DNA of 64,000 nucleotides from Candidatus Eiseniibacteriota bacterium (GTDB taxonomy: Bacteria > Eisenbacteria > RBG-16-71-46). The position numbers and the translations under genes were made by a program. This document shows positions 1 through 9,740 of this stretch, in pieces. The DNA is taken from positions 1 through 64,000 of the forward strand of contig JBBRLX010000011.1 of the NCBI GenBank assembly GCA_038231135.1, written 5' to 3'. The notes beneath the pieces are model-generated. The model ran no database searches. It was not told where the DNA came from and saw only the letters and a list, made by a program, of their open reading frames with translations. Position 1 is the first letter of the stretch. Every line of letters begins with the position of its first letter.

Positions 1-48
1 CGTAGCCGCCGCCCGATTCGCTGCTTGCACCGCGCCTCGCGTCTCTGT

Positions 49-159
49 ATAGCTGAGCTCACTTGAAAGGCCCTCCTTGGCGATTGAAGCTGGCGTCGAA
101 CACCACCTTCTTAACCGCTCTGGACGGGCCTTTCGAGCTTTGTCTTCGTCCTCAGCTAT
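49..159. ncRNA. Putative structured RNA (long imperfect hairpin), family unknown
   Basis: Nested inverted repeats: ATAGCTGAG 49-57/CTCAGCTAT 151-159; GAAAGGCCC 65-73/GGGCCTTTC 126-134; inner GAAG..TGG/CCA..CTTC. Intergenic and less GC-rich than the coding DNA. Confidence 0.45.
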
Positions 160-203
160 GAAACCGCGCTGGTTCGGGGCCTAACTAACGCGTAGCCGGA
201 ATG

Positions 204-1502
204 TCAATGCCGCTGCACCTGCACCACCCGCACGCGCGACGCCGCTCCCGATTCGGTCCAGCACGCAAACGCATTCCGCGCGTCGCCCGCCGCCAGCCAG
301 CCGTCGCGCACGTCGGCGCCGAGGAACATCCAGGGCGTGAGCCGGCCGGTGCCGTCGAGCGTGCGCAGCGCGAGCACGGTGCGGGTGGTGTCGGCTGCCG
401 GGCGGGCCTCGACACTGATCATTGTGGCCTCGCCCTGCGCCACGAGCCGCGGGTGGCTCGCGAATGACAGGCTGTCGCTGAGTGCGCGCCGAACGCCGGC
501 CTGGCCACCCGGGGCCCGCCAGCCTGCCAGGTACACGCCGGGCACGTCCGCCCCGGTGAACCACGCGTAGGTGCCGCCGCCCGGGCGATTCCATGTCAGC
601 GCGGGTCCCACTTCGGGGCAGCCGGTGAGCCGCCAGCCGTCGGCGTGGACGATCGTGTCGCTCGGGAACGTGGCGCCGCCGTCGAGCGACACCGCGAGCG
701 CGGGGTCGCGCAAATCGCCGTTCGCGGCCCGATACGCGACCGCGATGCCGTCGTGCCCGTCCCGCGCCACCGCCGGCCGGCAGCACGAGCACACGCTGTC
801 GCGCAGTTTGCGATTCGCCGACCACGTCTGGCCGCCGTCCGAGCTCGACGCGCAATAGAGCGCCGATGCCGAGGGCTCCGCCGCCGCCGGCAGCGCGGGG
901 GCGAGGTCGCGCTCGTCGAGCCAGGTGGCGAACAGGCCGCCATCGGCGCGGAACGTGAGCGCTGCGAAGCCGTGGTATGCGGCGGCCGGACCGGCATGGT
1001 CGTCGTTTACGAACACCGTGGGTCCCAGCGTCTCGCCGCCATCGCCGCTGGCTCGCACCGAGAGGTCGAACGCCTGGGCGACATTCGCGCGCCGCGAGGT
1101 CCACGCCACCACCATCGCACCGGCGGGTCCGAACACCGCCATGGGACGCGCTTCGGAATAGGACTTCACGCTGCCCGGCGTCTCGTTGACCCGCACCGGC
1201 GCCGAGAACGTGGCGCCGCTGTCGCGCGAGATCGCGAGCCACAGGTCCTTGGCGCCCGCGGCGTTGCGCGTGACCCACGTGAGCGCGAGCCGGCCGCTCG
1301 GATCGGCGGCGAGCGCGGCTTCGCCCGCCGTCACGCTGTCGAGGAACGCGGGCGTGATCTCGCGCACGCTGGCCCAGTCGGTGGACCGGTGCGCCGCGCC
1401 GCAGCCCGCGAGCGCGAGCAGCGCGGCACCACCCGCGACCGCGAGCAGCGCCGCGCCGGACGCCTCGAAGATCGTGCGGCGGGTCGCGCGAGTTGCGGTC
1501 AC
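204..1502 (-). CDS. BNR/Asp-box (sialidase-like) beta-propeller lipoprotein
   Basis: Lipobox LALAGC; Asp-boxes SRDSGATF, SGDGGET, SSDGGQTW, SLDGGATF; CSCCRP motif. Confidence 0.8.
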   Translation of the reverse strand: MTATRATRRTIFEASGAALLAVAGGAALLALAGCGAAHRSTDWASVREITPAFLDSVTAGEAALAADPSGRLALTWVTRNAAGAKDLWLAISRDSGATFSAPVRVNETPGSVKSYSEARPMAVFGPAGAMVVAWTSRRANVAQAFDLSVRASGDGGETLGPTVFVNDDHAGPAAAYHGFAALTFRADGGLFATWLDERDLAPALPAAAEPSASALYCASSSDGGQTWSANRKLRDSVCSCCRPAVARDGHDGIAVAYRAANGDLRDPALAVSLDGGATFPSDTIVHADGWRLTGCPEVGPALTWNRPGGGTYAWFTGADVPGVYLAGWRAPGGQAGVRRALSDSLSFASHPRLVAQGEATMISVEARPAADTTRTVLALRTLDGTGRLTPWMFLGADVRDGWLAAGDARNAFACWTESGAASRVRVVQVQRH

Positions 1503-1506
1503 GGTG

Positions 1507-3744
1507 TCACTCCAGCTTGAGCAGCTTGATCACGGGGCCGCCGGACGCAGCCCGCAGCAGATAGACGCCGGGTCCGAGCGGACGGCCATCATCGCTCGTG
1601 CCGTCCCAGTCGAACCTGCCCAAGCTACCATCGAGCCGCACCCTTCGCACCCGGCGACCGCGAATGTCATAGATTCCGAGCGTGCCGGGCAGCGCCGACG
1701 CGATGCGGGTTTGACGCACGAACGGATTGGGCACGGCGCGAAGCGGGTGCGCGGGGGTTGCGCTGAGGGTCGCGACATCCGGATCGGCCAGCCGCCACGC
1801 ACCACCGCCGGATCCCCCGGACTCCGGTGACCCGACTCCGGGCGCCTCCATGACGAGCGGCGCGCCGCGGTTCACCCGCCCGATCACGGTGAAGCCGAAC
1901 CGCGTTTCGTCCTCTGGAAACGGCAGCGCGTCCTCGGCGGTGCGAAAGATCCAGCCCGAGATCGTGAACCGGCGCGCCCGCACGTCGGTGATTTCGGCCC
2001 ACGGCGTGAAGTACGGATGAACGAAGCCGTTGCCGGTCGTGGTCGTCCCCGCGAGCCGTGGCCAGATCGTGACCGGGCCGATGAACGAATCGGGCAGCGC
2101 CACGGTCGCGCTCGCCCGCACGCGGGTCGCGAGCCGATGGCCGGGGTCGCCGGGGCCGAAGCCATTGTCGTCGAGCACCAGCGTATCGGTATCGAACGCC
2201 TCGAACCGCGTGGCCGCGACCTCGTCGTGCCAGATGCCGATGCCGGCGCCGACGCTCGCGAGTGCCGCGGCGAGGTCGAGCCGACCCCAGCCGGTCTCAC
2301 GGTCCGGTCCGGGAGCGCCGAGATCGTGCGCGCTCTCGCGCAGCAGGCGCTGGAAGTCCACGTCGCACAGCTCGGGCCGTGCCGCCGCGAGCAGCCCGAT
2401 CGCGCCCGTCACGAACGGCGCCGCGAACGACGTGCCCGACGCCGCGACGTAGCCCGGATGGATCCCGCCCGCGGCGCTGGGATAGGTCATGAACGTGGTC
2501 CACACGTCGACGCCCGGAGCCAGCAAATCGAGCCCCGGGCCATAAGATGAGAACGCCGCGCGCCGGTCCCATGCGTCCGAGGCGCCGACCTGCACGCACA
2601 GCCCGTCCGCCGCGTACGCCGCCGGGTATTGCGCGTGGTCGCCTTCGCGGGCGCCGCTGTTGCCGGCCGCGGCGACCGGCACGCAGCCGTGCGTGATCGC
2701 GTACAGCATCGCGAGCCGCTCGAGCCGGCTCGGGGTCGTGCCCGCGAACGACACGTTCACGACGCGTGCGCCCAGGTCCGTGGCGCGGAGCACGGCCTGG
2801 GCGATGTAGAACGACGACGTCGCGCTCGATGCCGCGACCGTGATCTTGATGGGCATGATCCGGCAGCCCGCGTTCGCGCCGCCGTCGCCGCCGCACACGC
2901 CCGCGACGCCCAGCGAATCGAAGTGCGCGCCGTTGTTCGTGCGCGCCGCGGCGACGCCGGCGACCGGAGTGCCGTGGCCGTAGAGGTCGTGCACCGAAGC
3001 CCCCGCGACGATATCGGTCGCGTGCGCGATGCGCGACGTGCCGTCCGCGAGCGTGCCGCCGAGGTCGGGATGCGCCTCGTCGATGCCGGTGTCGGCGATC
3101 GCGAGCAGGACGGCGTTGGCGCCGCGCGACAGGCGCCAGGCGTCGAGTGCGCGCACGTCCGCGCCCGCCAGACCGCCGTAGGGCCCCGCGACGCCGCGGT
3201 TCGCGAGCCCCCACTGGCGGCCGTCCTGGAACAGCGGGTCGTTCGGGAAGGATGATGGGGCGGTGGTGCCGGATGCTACCCGGGCGCTGGGCATCTTCGC
3301 CGGCGACAGCGACCAAAGTTGCGCTTCACGCGTCGCGTCGTGCTCGACCCACGCGATCGCGGGGTCGCTGCGGAGCGCGGTGAGCGCGGCGGCCGCGACG
3401 GCCGAATCGGCGGCTTCGAACAGCCACACGCGCGATGGATCGAGCGTCGCATCGGCCGACGGGCCAGGCCCTTCGCCCGCCCGGCCGCCGGTCGCGCGAT
3501 GCGCGGACGTTCCTGGCGACGGTGCCGGCCGGGGATCGCCGAGGCGCGCGACCGCATGCAGCCGGAGCGCCCCCAGCGACGCCGAGGCTGCGGACGGTGG
3601 TGCGTTTGATGACGCAGCGCCACGCGCCGCGGGCGCCTCACGGAACGCGACGATCAACCGCGTGGACGAATCGGCACCGGCGGAACCGGCCGCGAGGACC
3701 AACATCGCGAGCACGCTGCAACACCACCCATATGTGCGGCACAC
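1507..3744 (-). CDS. Secreted S8 subtilisin-like serine peptidase with C-terminal FlgD-Ig/T9SS-like domain
   Basis: Catalytic motifs IADTGID, HGTPVAG, AAAGN, SGTSFAAP; signal peptide; tail PNPF...IYDIRGRRVR...WDG...GVYLL. Confidence 0.9.
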   Translation of the reverse strand: MCRTYGWCCSVLAMLVLAAGSAGADSSTRLIVAFREAPAARGAASSNAPPSAASASLGALRLHAVARLGDPRPAPSPGTSAHRATGGRAGEGPGPSADATLDPSRVWLFEAADSAVAAAALTALRSDPAIAWVEHDATREAQLWSLSPAKMPSARVASGTTAPSSFPNDPLFQDGRQWGLANRGVAGPYGGLAGADVRALDAWRLSRGANAVLLAIADTGIDEAHPDLGGTLADGTSRIAHATDIVAGASVHDLYGHGTPVAGVAAARTNNGAHFDSLGVAGVCGGDGGANAGCRIMPIKITVAASSATSSFYIAQAVLRATDLGARVVNVSFAGTTPSRLERLAMLYAITHGCVPVAAAGNSGAREGDHAQYPAAYAADGLCVQVGASDAWDRRAAFSSYGPGLDLLAPGVDVWTTFMTYPSAAGGIHPGYVAASGTSFAAPFVTGAIGLLAAARPELCDVDFQRLLRESAHDLGAPGPDRETGWGRLDLAAALASVGAGIGIWHDEVAATRFEAFDTDTLVLDDNGFGPGDPGHRLATRVRASATVALPDSFIGPVTIWPRLAGTTTTGNGFVHPYFTPWAEITDVRARRFTISGWIFRTAEDALPFPEDETRFGFTVIGRVNRGAPLVMEAPGVGSPESGGSGGGAWRLADPDVATLSATPAHPLRAVPNPFVRQTRIASALPGTLGIYDIRGRRVRRVRLDGSLGRFDWDGTSDDGRPLGPGVYLLRAASGGPVIKLLKLE

Positions 3745-3876
3745 GGAAACTCCGGACGGGGGCGGAGTTCATGAAGCAGCCGAGATCGATCGACGTTGCT
3801 CGATCGGTTTACGAATACCCTCTGTGCATCGATCTCGCCAATGCGATGGGCGCCGTGCGCGCGCGATCCGCCACCC

Positions 3877-4734
3877 TCACTTCGCCCCGAAATCCCGTGC
3901 CTGGCTCGACAGCCGCACTTCGTCGATCAGTCCCTGGAACGCATAGACGGGCGGTATCGACAGCGCGGTGCCGATGCGCAGCTGGCCGCCGAAATCGGTG
4001 AGGCGCCGGGAGTCGAAGTAGTTGCCGATCAGCAGTGGCGCCGCGCTGTCGCGGATCGTGCCGCGGGTCGCGTACTGCGCATCGAGCTGGCCGTTGATCC
4101 AGAACTTCACGACGGCGCCGTCGAGCGTGACCGCGACGCGGGTCCAGCGCTCGAGCGGCACCTCGGTCGTCGAGAAGTACACGCGCGGCGGGCCGGGATC
4201 GACGGGTTGGAATGCGAACATCAGGTGGCCGGTCGTTCCGCCGATCACGAGCGATTCGTGGTAGCCGGGGGACGTGATGTTCGTGGGCTGGCCCTCGCGC
4301 TGGAGTCCGACCAGCGAGAACAGCCACGACTGCTCGGTGGGATATTCGTTCCAGCGGCCGGCGATCGGCGTGTCTTCGAACGTGCCGTAGGCCTGGGGCT
4401 CGATCCACGCCTCGACCGTGAGGCGCTGCGAGTTCAGCGCGTCGTTGTAACGCACGAACACCCAGGATTCGAGCGAACCCATGAACACGCGGGCGTTGCC
4501 GAGGCGGCCGAAGTCGGTGTGTGTGTCGGCGCCGGCGACGGCGCGCATTCGCAACGGTCCCGAGTCCTCGGCGTAGTTGCCGCCGGATTCGTCCAGGTGC
4601 CACAGGCCGAGCGTAACGGAGTCCGCCACCGGCGTCGCGGACTGGAGCGTGTCGTAGGCGCCCGGCACGTGCGCGCACGCTGCGGCGGTGAGCGCGAGCA
4701 GCAGCAGCGCAACGGTCAGGCGAGTTCGGGTCAC
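3877..4734 (-). CDS. LamG/concanavalin A-like lipoprotein
   Basis: GTG start with GGAGG RBS overlapping the upstream stop (GTGA); signal ending AAAC; motifs GLWHLDE, LTVEAWI, WTRVAVT, FQGLIDEVRLS. Confidence 0.82.
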   Translation of the reverse strand: MTRTRLTVALLLLALTAAACAHVPGAYDTLQSATPVADSVTLGLWHLDESGGNYAEDSGPLRMRAVAGADTHTDFGRLGNARVFMGSLESWVFVRYNDALNSQRLTVEAWIEPQAYGTFEDTPIAGRWNEYPTEQSWLFSLVGLQREGQPTNITSPGYHESLVIGGTTGHLMFAFQPVDPGPPRVYFSTTEVPLERWTRVAVTLDGAVVKFWINGQLDAQYATRGTIRDSAAPLLIGNYFDSRRLTDFGGQLRIGTALSIPPVYAFQGLIDEVRLSSQARDFGAK

Positions 4735-6884
4735 CGTGATCCTCCTGCGATAAGCCGCGCGTTTGCCCGGGCCGCGGCTTCCCGGTCGCCCAGCCGCGCG
4801 AACAACGCGGCCATCTGCTGCAGCGTACGCCGATCGCGCGTGGTGTCGATCGCCGGCCGCCAGGCGGCGGCGGCTTCGGCCAGCCGGTTCTGCAGCAGCA
4901 GCGACCAGCCACGCCCGACGGCGCCGAGCGGATTGCCGGGATCGAGCGTGATCAGCCGGTCGAACACCGGCTCCGCGCGCTCGGGCCGATTCTGTTGGAG
5001 CAGCACCTCGCCCTGCAACATGAGCGCGGGCACGTCGTCGGGCGTGATCTGCATCAGGCGCTCGAGCCAGTGCTCGGATTCGTCGAGGCGCCCCAGCGCG
5101 CGGGCGCTGACGGCGCAGTTGTAGAGCCGGCGCGGATTGTTGCCGTCGAGGAACAGCGCCGCGCGCCGGTGCCGGTAGCTGACGAGCGTGTCGTTCGCCA
5201 TCCATGCCGGCCGTTGCCCGAATCCCGCCACGACCTCGTACAGCACGCCGGGGTGCGGATGCGTGACTGCCCGGGGCACGAGCCCGGGCACCACGGCGGC
5301 GGTGTCCAGCAGGAACGCGAGTGCGGGCCGGGTCTCGGCTTCGGGCCACGAGAACCAGATCCAGCGTGCCCGGTTCGCGGCCGCGTAGCCCGCCAGCGCC
5401 GCGAGCGAATCGGCGAATGGGAACGGGACCGGCTCGACGCCCGCGTGAAACGCGATGTGGCCCTTGCGTGCGATCACCCGGTCGCCGGGGCGGGCGAGCG
5501 AGCGCAGCGTGTCCGCGGCGGCCAGCACCTCGGTGGGCAGCTGATTCATGACGTTGCGCTGCACTGCGGCCGACGCCGAGCCCGCGACGAGCAGCGCGAG
5601 CCCGGCCAGCCACGGCTCGAGCGCGATGCGCCGCGTTCCGAATCGCGCGGCGAGGACGCCGGGAGCCAGTCCGACGCCCGCGAACGTCGCGTACATCGGC
5701 AGCAGCGCGAGCGAATAGCGCTCGCCGTAGAACACCGGCACCAGCGACAGGAACAGCAGGCCGCCCGTGAGCGCCACCGGCCACAGCGGCCGCCACGCGG
5801 ACTCGCGCGCGAACCGCACCAGACCCCACAGCGTGGCGAGCGCCACGGGCCAGGTGAGCAGCCGCAGCGCGTCCAGCCGCGGGTGGTCGACGAAGTTGAA
5901 CGCGACCCGCGCGGCCACCGCACCCGGATCGCGCGCCAGCACGTCCCACAGGTTGTGGAACAGCGGCTGCAATTTGCGCTGGTAGTCGTCCCACGGAATC
6001 CCACGCGCGTGCGCGTAGACCTCGTAGGCGATGTTGTGGTGGAGCTGGAGCGCGAACGACCCGCCGTGAGCGCGCGAATACAGGATCCACGCCAGCACCG
6101 GCGCGATGAAGCCGGCCGCGAACGCGATCGCGGCGCGCGCACGCCGCGCCGCGCCGCAGCCGCCGGCGAGGATCGTGATCGCGCCGGCCGGCAGCAGCAC
6201 GACCGCGTTGTAGCGCGTGAGGAACGCGCACGCGGCGACGAGCCCTGCCATGGCCATGCGGCGTGCGTCCGGCCCGGGGGCGCCGGTCGCCGAGACGTCC
6301 GGCACGGTGGCGCGGGACATGCGAGGCATGGCGGCGCCCGGCGCGGGCCGGCGTCCGCCCAACAGCGCGAGCAACGCCAGCGCCTCGAGCGCGATCGCGA
6401 ACGTGTCGGTGGTGACGGAATACGCGTGGCGCAGGAACGTGCCGTTCGTGGCCAGGACCAGCACCGCGACGCACGCGACTGCGGCACCCGCGCGGCGGCG
6501 GAGCAAAGCATGCCACACGACGAGCACCGTGATCGCCGACGCCACCGACAGCAGCTCCGCGGCCAGGAACAGATTGAGCACGATCGAGCCGGCCAGCGCG
6601 AGCGCGACCTCGTAACCGGGCCCGATGACTCCGTACCGGCTCGGATCGAGGCGCCCGTGCTGGACGAGCCGCGCGCCCTGCGCGTAGGCGCCGTAGAAGT
6701 CGGTCTCGGTCATGTAGTCGCCGACGCGGTGCGGCCCGGCCACGATGCCGATCGCCACCGCGGCGAATGCCAGCGCCCCGAGCGCCGCCAGCAGGTCGTA
6801 TACGCGCGGGTCGGGAACGCCCGCGACGGTCCGCGCGGCGGCGGTCGTGGCAACGGAAGCGGTGGACCGGGGCCTGGGGCGCAT
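4731..6884 (-). CDS. Multi-TM GT-C (ArnT/PMT-like) glycosyltransferase with C-terminal TPR repeats
   Basis: Acidic ETD motif after TM1, many hydrophobic segments, LTRYN and ERY motifs, TPR-like helical repeats at the C-terminus. Confidence 0.7.
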   Translation of the reverse strand: MRPRPRSTASVATTAAARTVAGVPDPRVYDLLAALGALAFAAVAIGIVAGPHRVGDYMTETDFYGAYAQGARLVQHGRLDPSRYGVIGPGYEVALALAGSIVLNLFLAAELLSVASAITVLVVWHALLRRRAGAAVACVAVLVLATNGTFLRHAYSVTTDTFAIALEALALLALLGGRRPAPGAAMPRMSRATVPDVSATGAPGPDARRMAMAGLVAACAFLTRYNAVVLLPAGAITILAGGCGAARRARAAIAFAAGFIAPVLAWILYSRAHGGSFALQLHHNIAYEVYAHARGIPWDDYQRKLQPLFHNLWDVLARDPGAVAARVAFNFVDHPRLDALRLLTWPVALATLWGLVRFARESAWRPLWPVALTGGLLFLSLVPVFYGERYSLALLPMYATFAGVGLAPGVLAARFGTRRIALEPWLAGLALLVAGSASAAVQRNVMNQLPTEVLAAADTLRSLARPGDRVIARKGHIAFHAGVEPVPFPFADSLAALAGYAAANRARWIWFSWPEAETRPALAFLLDTAAVVPGLVPRAVTHPHPGVLYEVVAGFGQRPAWMANDTLVSYRHRRAALFLDGNNPRRLYNCAVSARALGRLDESEHWLERLMQITPDDVPALMLQGEVLLQQNRPERAEPVFDRLITLDPGNPLGAVGRGWSLLLQNRLAEAAAAWRPAIDTTRDRRTLQQMAALFARLGDREAAARANARLIAGGSR

Positions 6885-7042
6885 CGGAGAAGTCTACGCG
6901 GCGCGGCACCGGCGGCCCAACTCCCAATGCTCCGGATGTCGCAGGGGATTCGACCTCCGGGCGCTGCGCCGGTGGGCAGACGGAACGCACGCACTCGAAC
7001 TCTCCGGACGCCGCCGCGAACCTCCGCAGCGCGTCGCGGCGC

Positions 7043-8305
7043 TCACACTCCGGCGACGCTGACCTCGTCGGCGCGGGCCGCGTTCTCGAGCGCGGCGAAC
7101 ACCGCCATGTAGTCGCGGGCCTCGCGCGTATGGAGAAAGTTGTCGCGCACGTGCTCGCGGCCCTGCAGGCCCAGCCGGCGGCCGAGTTCCGGCGAACGCA
7201 GCAGCCGCGACAGCTGCACCGCGCAGCCCTCGACCGAATGCACCAGCAGGCCGGTGCGCTCGTGCAGCACCTGCAGCGGGATGCCGCCCACGGCGCTCGC
7301 CACCACGGCGCGGCGCTTCCACAGCGCCTCGGACACCGTGAGCGCGAAGCCCTCGCGCAGCGACTTCTGCACCACGACCGCCGAGCGGCGCTGCAGCGCG
7401 TTGATCACCAGGTGCGCGTCGTTGGGGAGCACGAGCAGCGTCACGTCGTCGGCGCCCGCGGTGTGATGCTTCACCTCCGCCAGCACCTCGGCGCCCTCGG
7501 GGTCGTCGTCCGCGCTGCCGCCGGCCAGCACCAGGTGCGCCTTCACGCGCGAGCGCGCGAGGCGGAACGCGTTGACGACGCCGACCGGGTCCTTGAGCCG
7601 GTCGAACCGCGAAATCTGCGTGATCCACGGAATCGACGCCGGCAGGCCGAACGGCAGCAGCAACGCGTCGATGTCATCGGCGTCCAGTTCGCGGTTCTTG
7701 TCCGACAACGGATCGATCGAGGGCGGCACGAGGAACGCCGGCACCGGCAGCGGGGGCACGAACGTGTGGTGCGAGAACACGGTGCCGTCGTAGCGCGCGA
7801 GCATCGGCGCCAGGAATCCCCACACGTCGGGATCGGCGTGCGACAGGTCGATGTGGCAGCGCCACACCCAGCGCTGTCCCGGCTCCCGACGATGCTGCAC
7901 GAGTGCGGCCGGTTGTGGGTCGTGGATCAAGATCAGGTCGCCGTCGAGCTCGAGTTCCGCGGCGGCGCGGCGGTTGATCTCGTGATAGTGACGGTGCTCG
8001 TCCACGCTCAGCGACCCCGGCGCCCCGTGGAGCGCGTTGTGGATGGTCTTCGTGATGTTGTAGAACGGCGCGTCGCCGCCCATCACCTCCCAGGTGGTGG
8101 GCACTCCGAGCTCGTCGAGCAGCCGCACCAGCCGGTGCAGGATCTCGGCGACGCCGCCGCCGACCGCGGTCGAGTTCACCATCACGAGCCGGCGCCCCTT
8201 GAGCCGCCGGGCGAGCGCCTCCAGCATCTGGATCGGTCCGTCGCCGACCACGGCGCGGTAGCCTTCCACGAGGCTCGGTCCGTCGCGGCGGACGTGGACC
8301 TTCAT
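7043..8305 (-). CDS. treT: TreT-like GT4 glycosyltransferase (trehalose synthase family)
   Basis: NSTAVGGGVAEIL, IHNALHG, IHDPQP, WRCHID, SIDPLSDKN, SRFDRLKDP, QKSLREGFALTVSEALWK. Confidence 0.8.
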   Translation of the reverse strand: MKVHVRRDGPSLVEGYRAVVGDGPIQMLEALARRLKGRRLVMVNSTAVGGGVAEILHRLVRLLDELGVPTTWEVMGGDAPFYNITKTIHNALHGAPGSLSVDEHRHYHEINRRAAAELELDGDLILIHDPQPAALVQHRREPGQRWVWRCHIDLSHADPDVWGFLAPMLARYDGTVFSHHTFVPPLPVPAFLVPPSIDPLSDKNRELDADDIDALLLPFGLPASIPWITQISRFDRLKDPVGVVNAFRLARSRVKAHLVLAGGSADDDPEGAEVLAEVKHHTAGADDVTLLVLPNDAHLVINALQRRSAVVVQKSLREGFALTVSEALWKRRAVVASAVGGIPLQVLHERTGLLVHSVEGCAVQLSRLLRSPELGRRLGLQGREHVRDNFLHTREARDYMAVFAALENAARADEVSVAGV

Positions 8306-9045
8306 GACACCCCCCGGCCGCGCACCAGCCGGCGCGCGAGCCGCGCCACGGCGTCCCGCGCGTCGTCCGCACGCTCGGCCTCGGGCGTGGTGGCCGCGCG
8401 CGCGACCCGCCCGCCGAGCTGGCTGCGACGCCAGGTGCGCATCGCCTCGCGGCGCATGGTCTCGAGCGGCAGTCCGGTCTGCGACAGCTCTGCGAGCCGC
8501 GTCGCGAGCTTCGGTGCGCCAGCGTTGCGCACGAACTCGGCGAGCGGCAGCTCACCCCCCTGGCACCACGGTTCCTCGACCAGGTGGTAGAACCACGCCG
8601 AGGCCTCGGCGCGACCGAGCCCGTCGAACAGTTGCGGCAGATCGGCGGCGGTGAACATCGGCACCGGCACCGAGTCGGCGGCGCGGAACGCGAACGCGGA
8701 TTCCGCGGGCGCGGTGCCGACGCCGCGTCCCGGGCGTTCGAGCACCTGGGCCAGCTCGGCGCGCAGCACGTCCGTGCCGGCGTTGCTGCGCTGCGCGGCG
8801 AACGACAGCCGCTCGGCGGTCTCGAAGTCCTGGAGCACCCCGCTCACCCAGGCGCTGAAGTCGTCGGGCGGCAGGTCGGACGACGCCGGCGCCCGCAGCG
8901 GCGGCTGCACCGCGTGGAAGAACAGCGACGCGGACTCGACCTCGAGGATGCCGCGGCGCAACGACGCCAGATCGGTCGCCGTGCGGCCGATCGGACGCAC
9001 GAGGTGTACGACTCCGCACACCTCGAATTCGGAACGCTGGCTCAT
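8302..9045 (-). CDS. DUF5752-like protein
   Basis: ATG at 9045 overlaps the upstream stop (ATGA); internal duplication SLFFH..DDFSAWV / AWFYH..LAEFV; typical position in treT/otsA loci. Confidence 0.65.
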   Translation of the reverse strand: MSQRSEFEVCGVVHLVRPIGRTATDLASLRRGILEVESASLFFHAVQPPLRAPASSDLPPDDFSAWVSGVLQDFETAERLSFAAQRSNAGTDVLRAELAQVLERPGRGVGTAPAESAFAFRAADSVPVPMFTAADLPQLFDGLGRAEASAWFYHLVEEPWCQGGELPLAEFVRNAGAPKLATRLAELSQTGLPLETMRREAMRTWRRSQLGGRVARAATTPEAERADDARDAVARLARRLVRGRGVS

Positions 9046-9740
9046 CGTGGGCGATGCGGCGTGTCGTCTTCGAGCGAGCGCAGCATCTCGACGACGAAGT
9101 CGCGAGCCAGGTCCCGGCAGCCGAGGCCGAATGCCAGCGCGACCGCGAGGCCGACCGCCGCCACGGCGGTGACGCCGAGCGCCACGATGAGCTGCGCGGC
9201 GAGCCCCAGTTGTTCCAGCGCCAGCAGCACCGCGAACGCGCTGAGCGTGATCATCACCACGCGCCCACGGATCACCGCGCCGCGGAACCCGGCGCTCTCG
9301 AACAGCCGCCGGGTCACGGCGCCCAGCGCCATCGCGAGCGCGATGCCGACCAGCAGCACGATCGTGGCCGCGATCACGCGCGGCAGCAGCTCGGCGAGCC
9401 GGTCCGACACCGAGCGGCTCAGGTCGAAGCCGAGCACGTCGGCCGCGAGCATGACCGTGAGCAGGAACACCGTCCACTGCACGGCCCAGGCGGCGAGCGC
9501 CGTCGGCTCGTAGGTCACCGGCCCGTCGCCGAGCACGCGGCGCATGCCCTCGTTGAAGCGCAGCAGGTGCAGCAGGTGCTTCACGATCCACGCCAGGACT
9601 CTCGCGAGCACCCAGCCGATGAACACGATCGCGATCGCCACGATCACGTCGAGCGCCCACAACCCGGCGCTCGACAGCAGCGCGCCGACGCGGGCGCCCA
9701 GATCGTCGAGCGTCGTGAACTGCAGCAGAATCCGCGTCAC
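9042..9740 (-). CDS. MscS-like/CmpX TM-helix-repeat membrane protein
   Basis: About 5 TM segments, LPRVIAA and ALAFGLGCRD motifs; no large cytoplasmic MscS domain. Confidence 0.75.
   Translation of the reverse strand: MTRILLQFTTLDDLGARVGALLSSAGLWALDVIVAIAIVFIGWVLARVLAWIVKHLLHLLRFNEGMRRVLGDGPVTYEPTALAAWAVQWTVFLLTVMLAADVLGFDLSRSVSDRLAELLPRVIAATIVLLVGIALAMALGAVTRRLFESAGFRGAVIRGRVVMITLSAFAVLLALEQLGLAAQLIVALGVTAVAAVGLAVALAFGLGCRDLARDFVVEMLRSLEDDTPHRPR

Noticed and set aside
3877..6990. Long N-terminal extensions in the ORF track (LamG, DUF5752, sdhB, Sdh anchor, YeiH, argG, argH, OmpA and others)
   Set aside because: They overlap neighbouring real genes. Downstream starts with RBSs and stop/start overlaps fit better.
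6925..7010. T-arm-like GGAGGTCGAATCCCC on the minus strand
   Set aside because: I could not build a cloverleaf, acceptor stem or canonical TTCRA loop.
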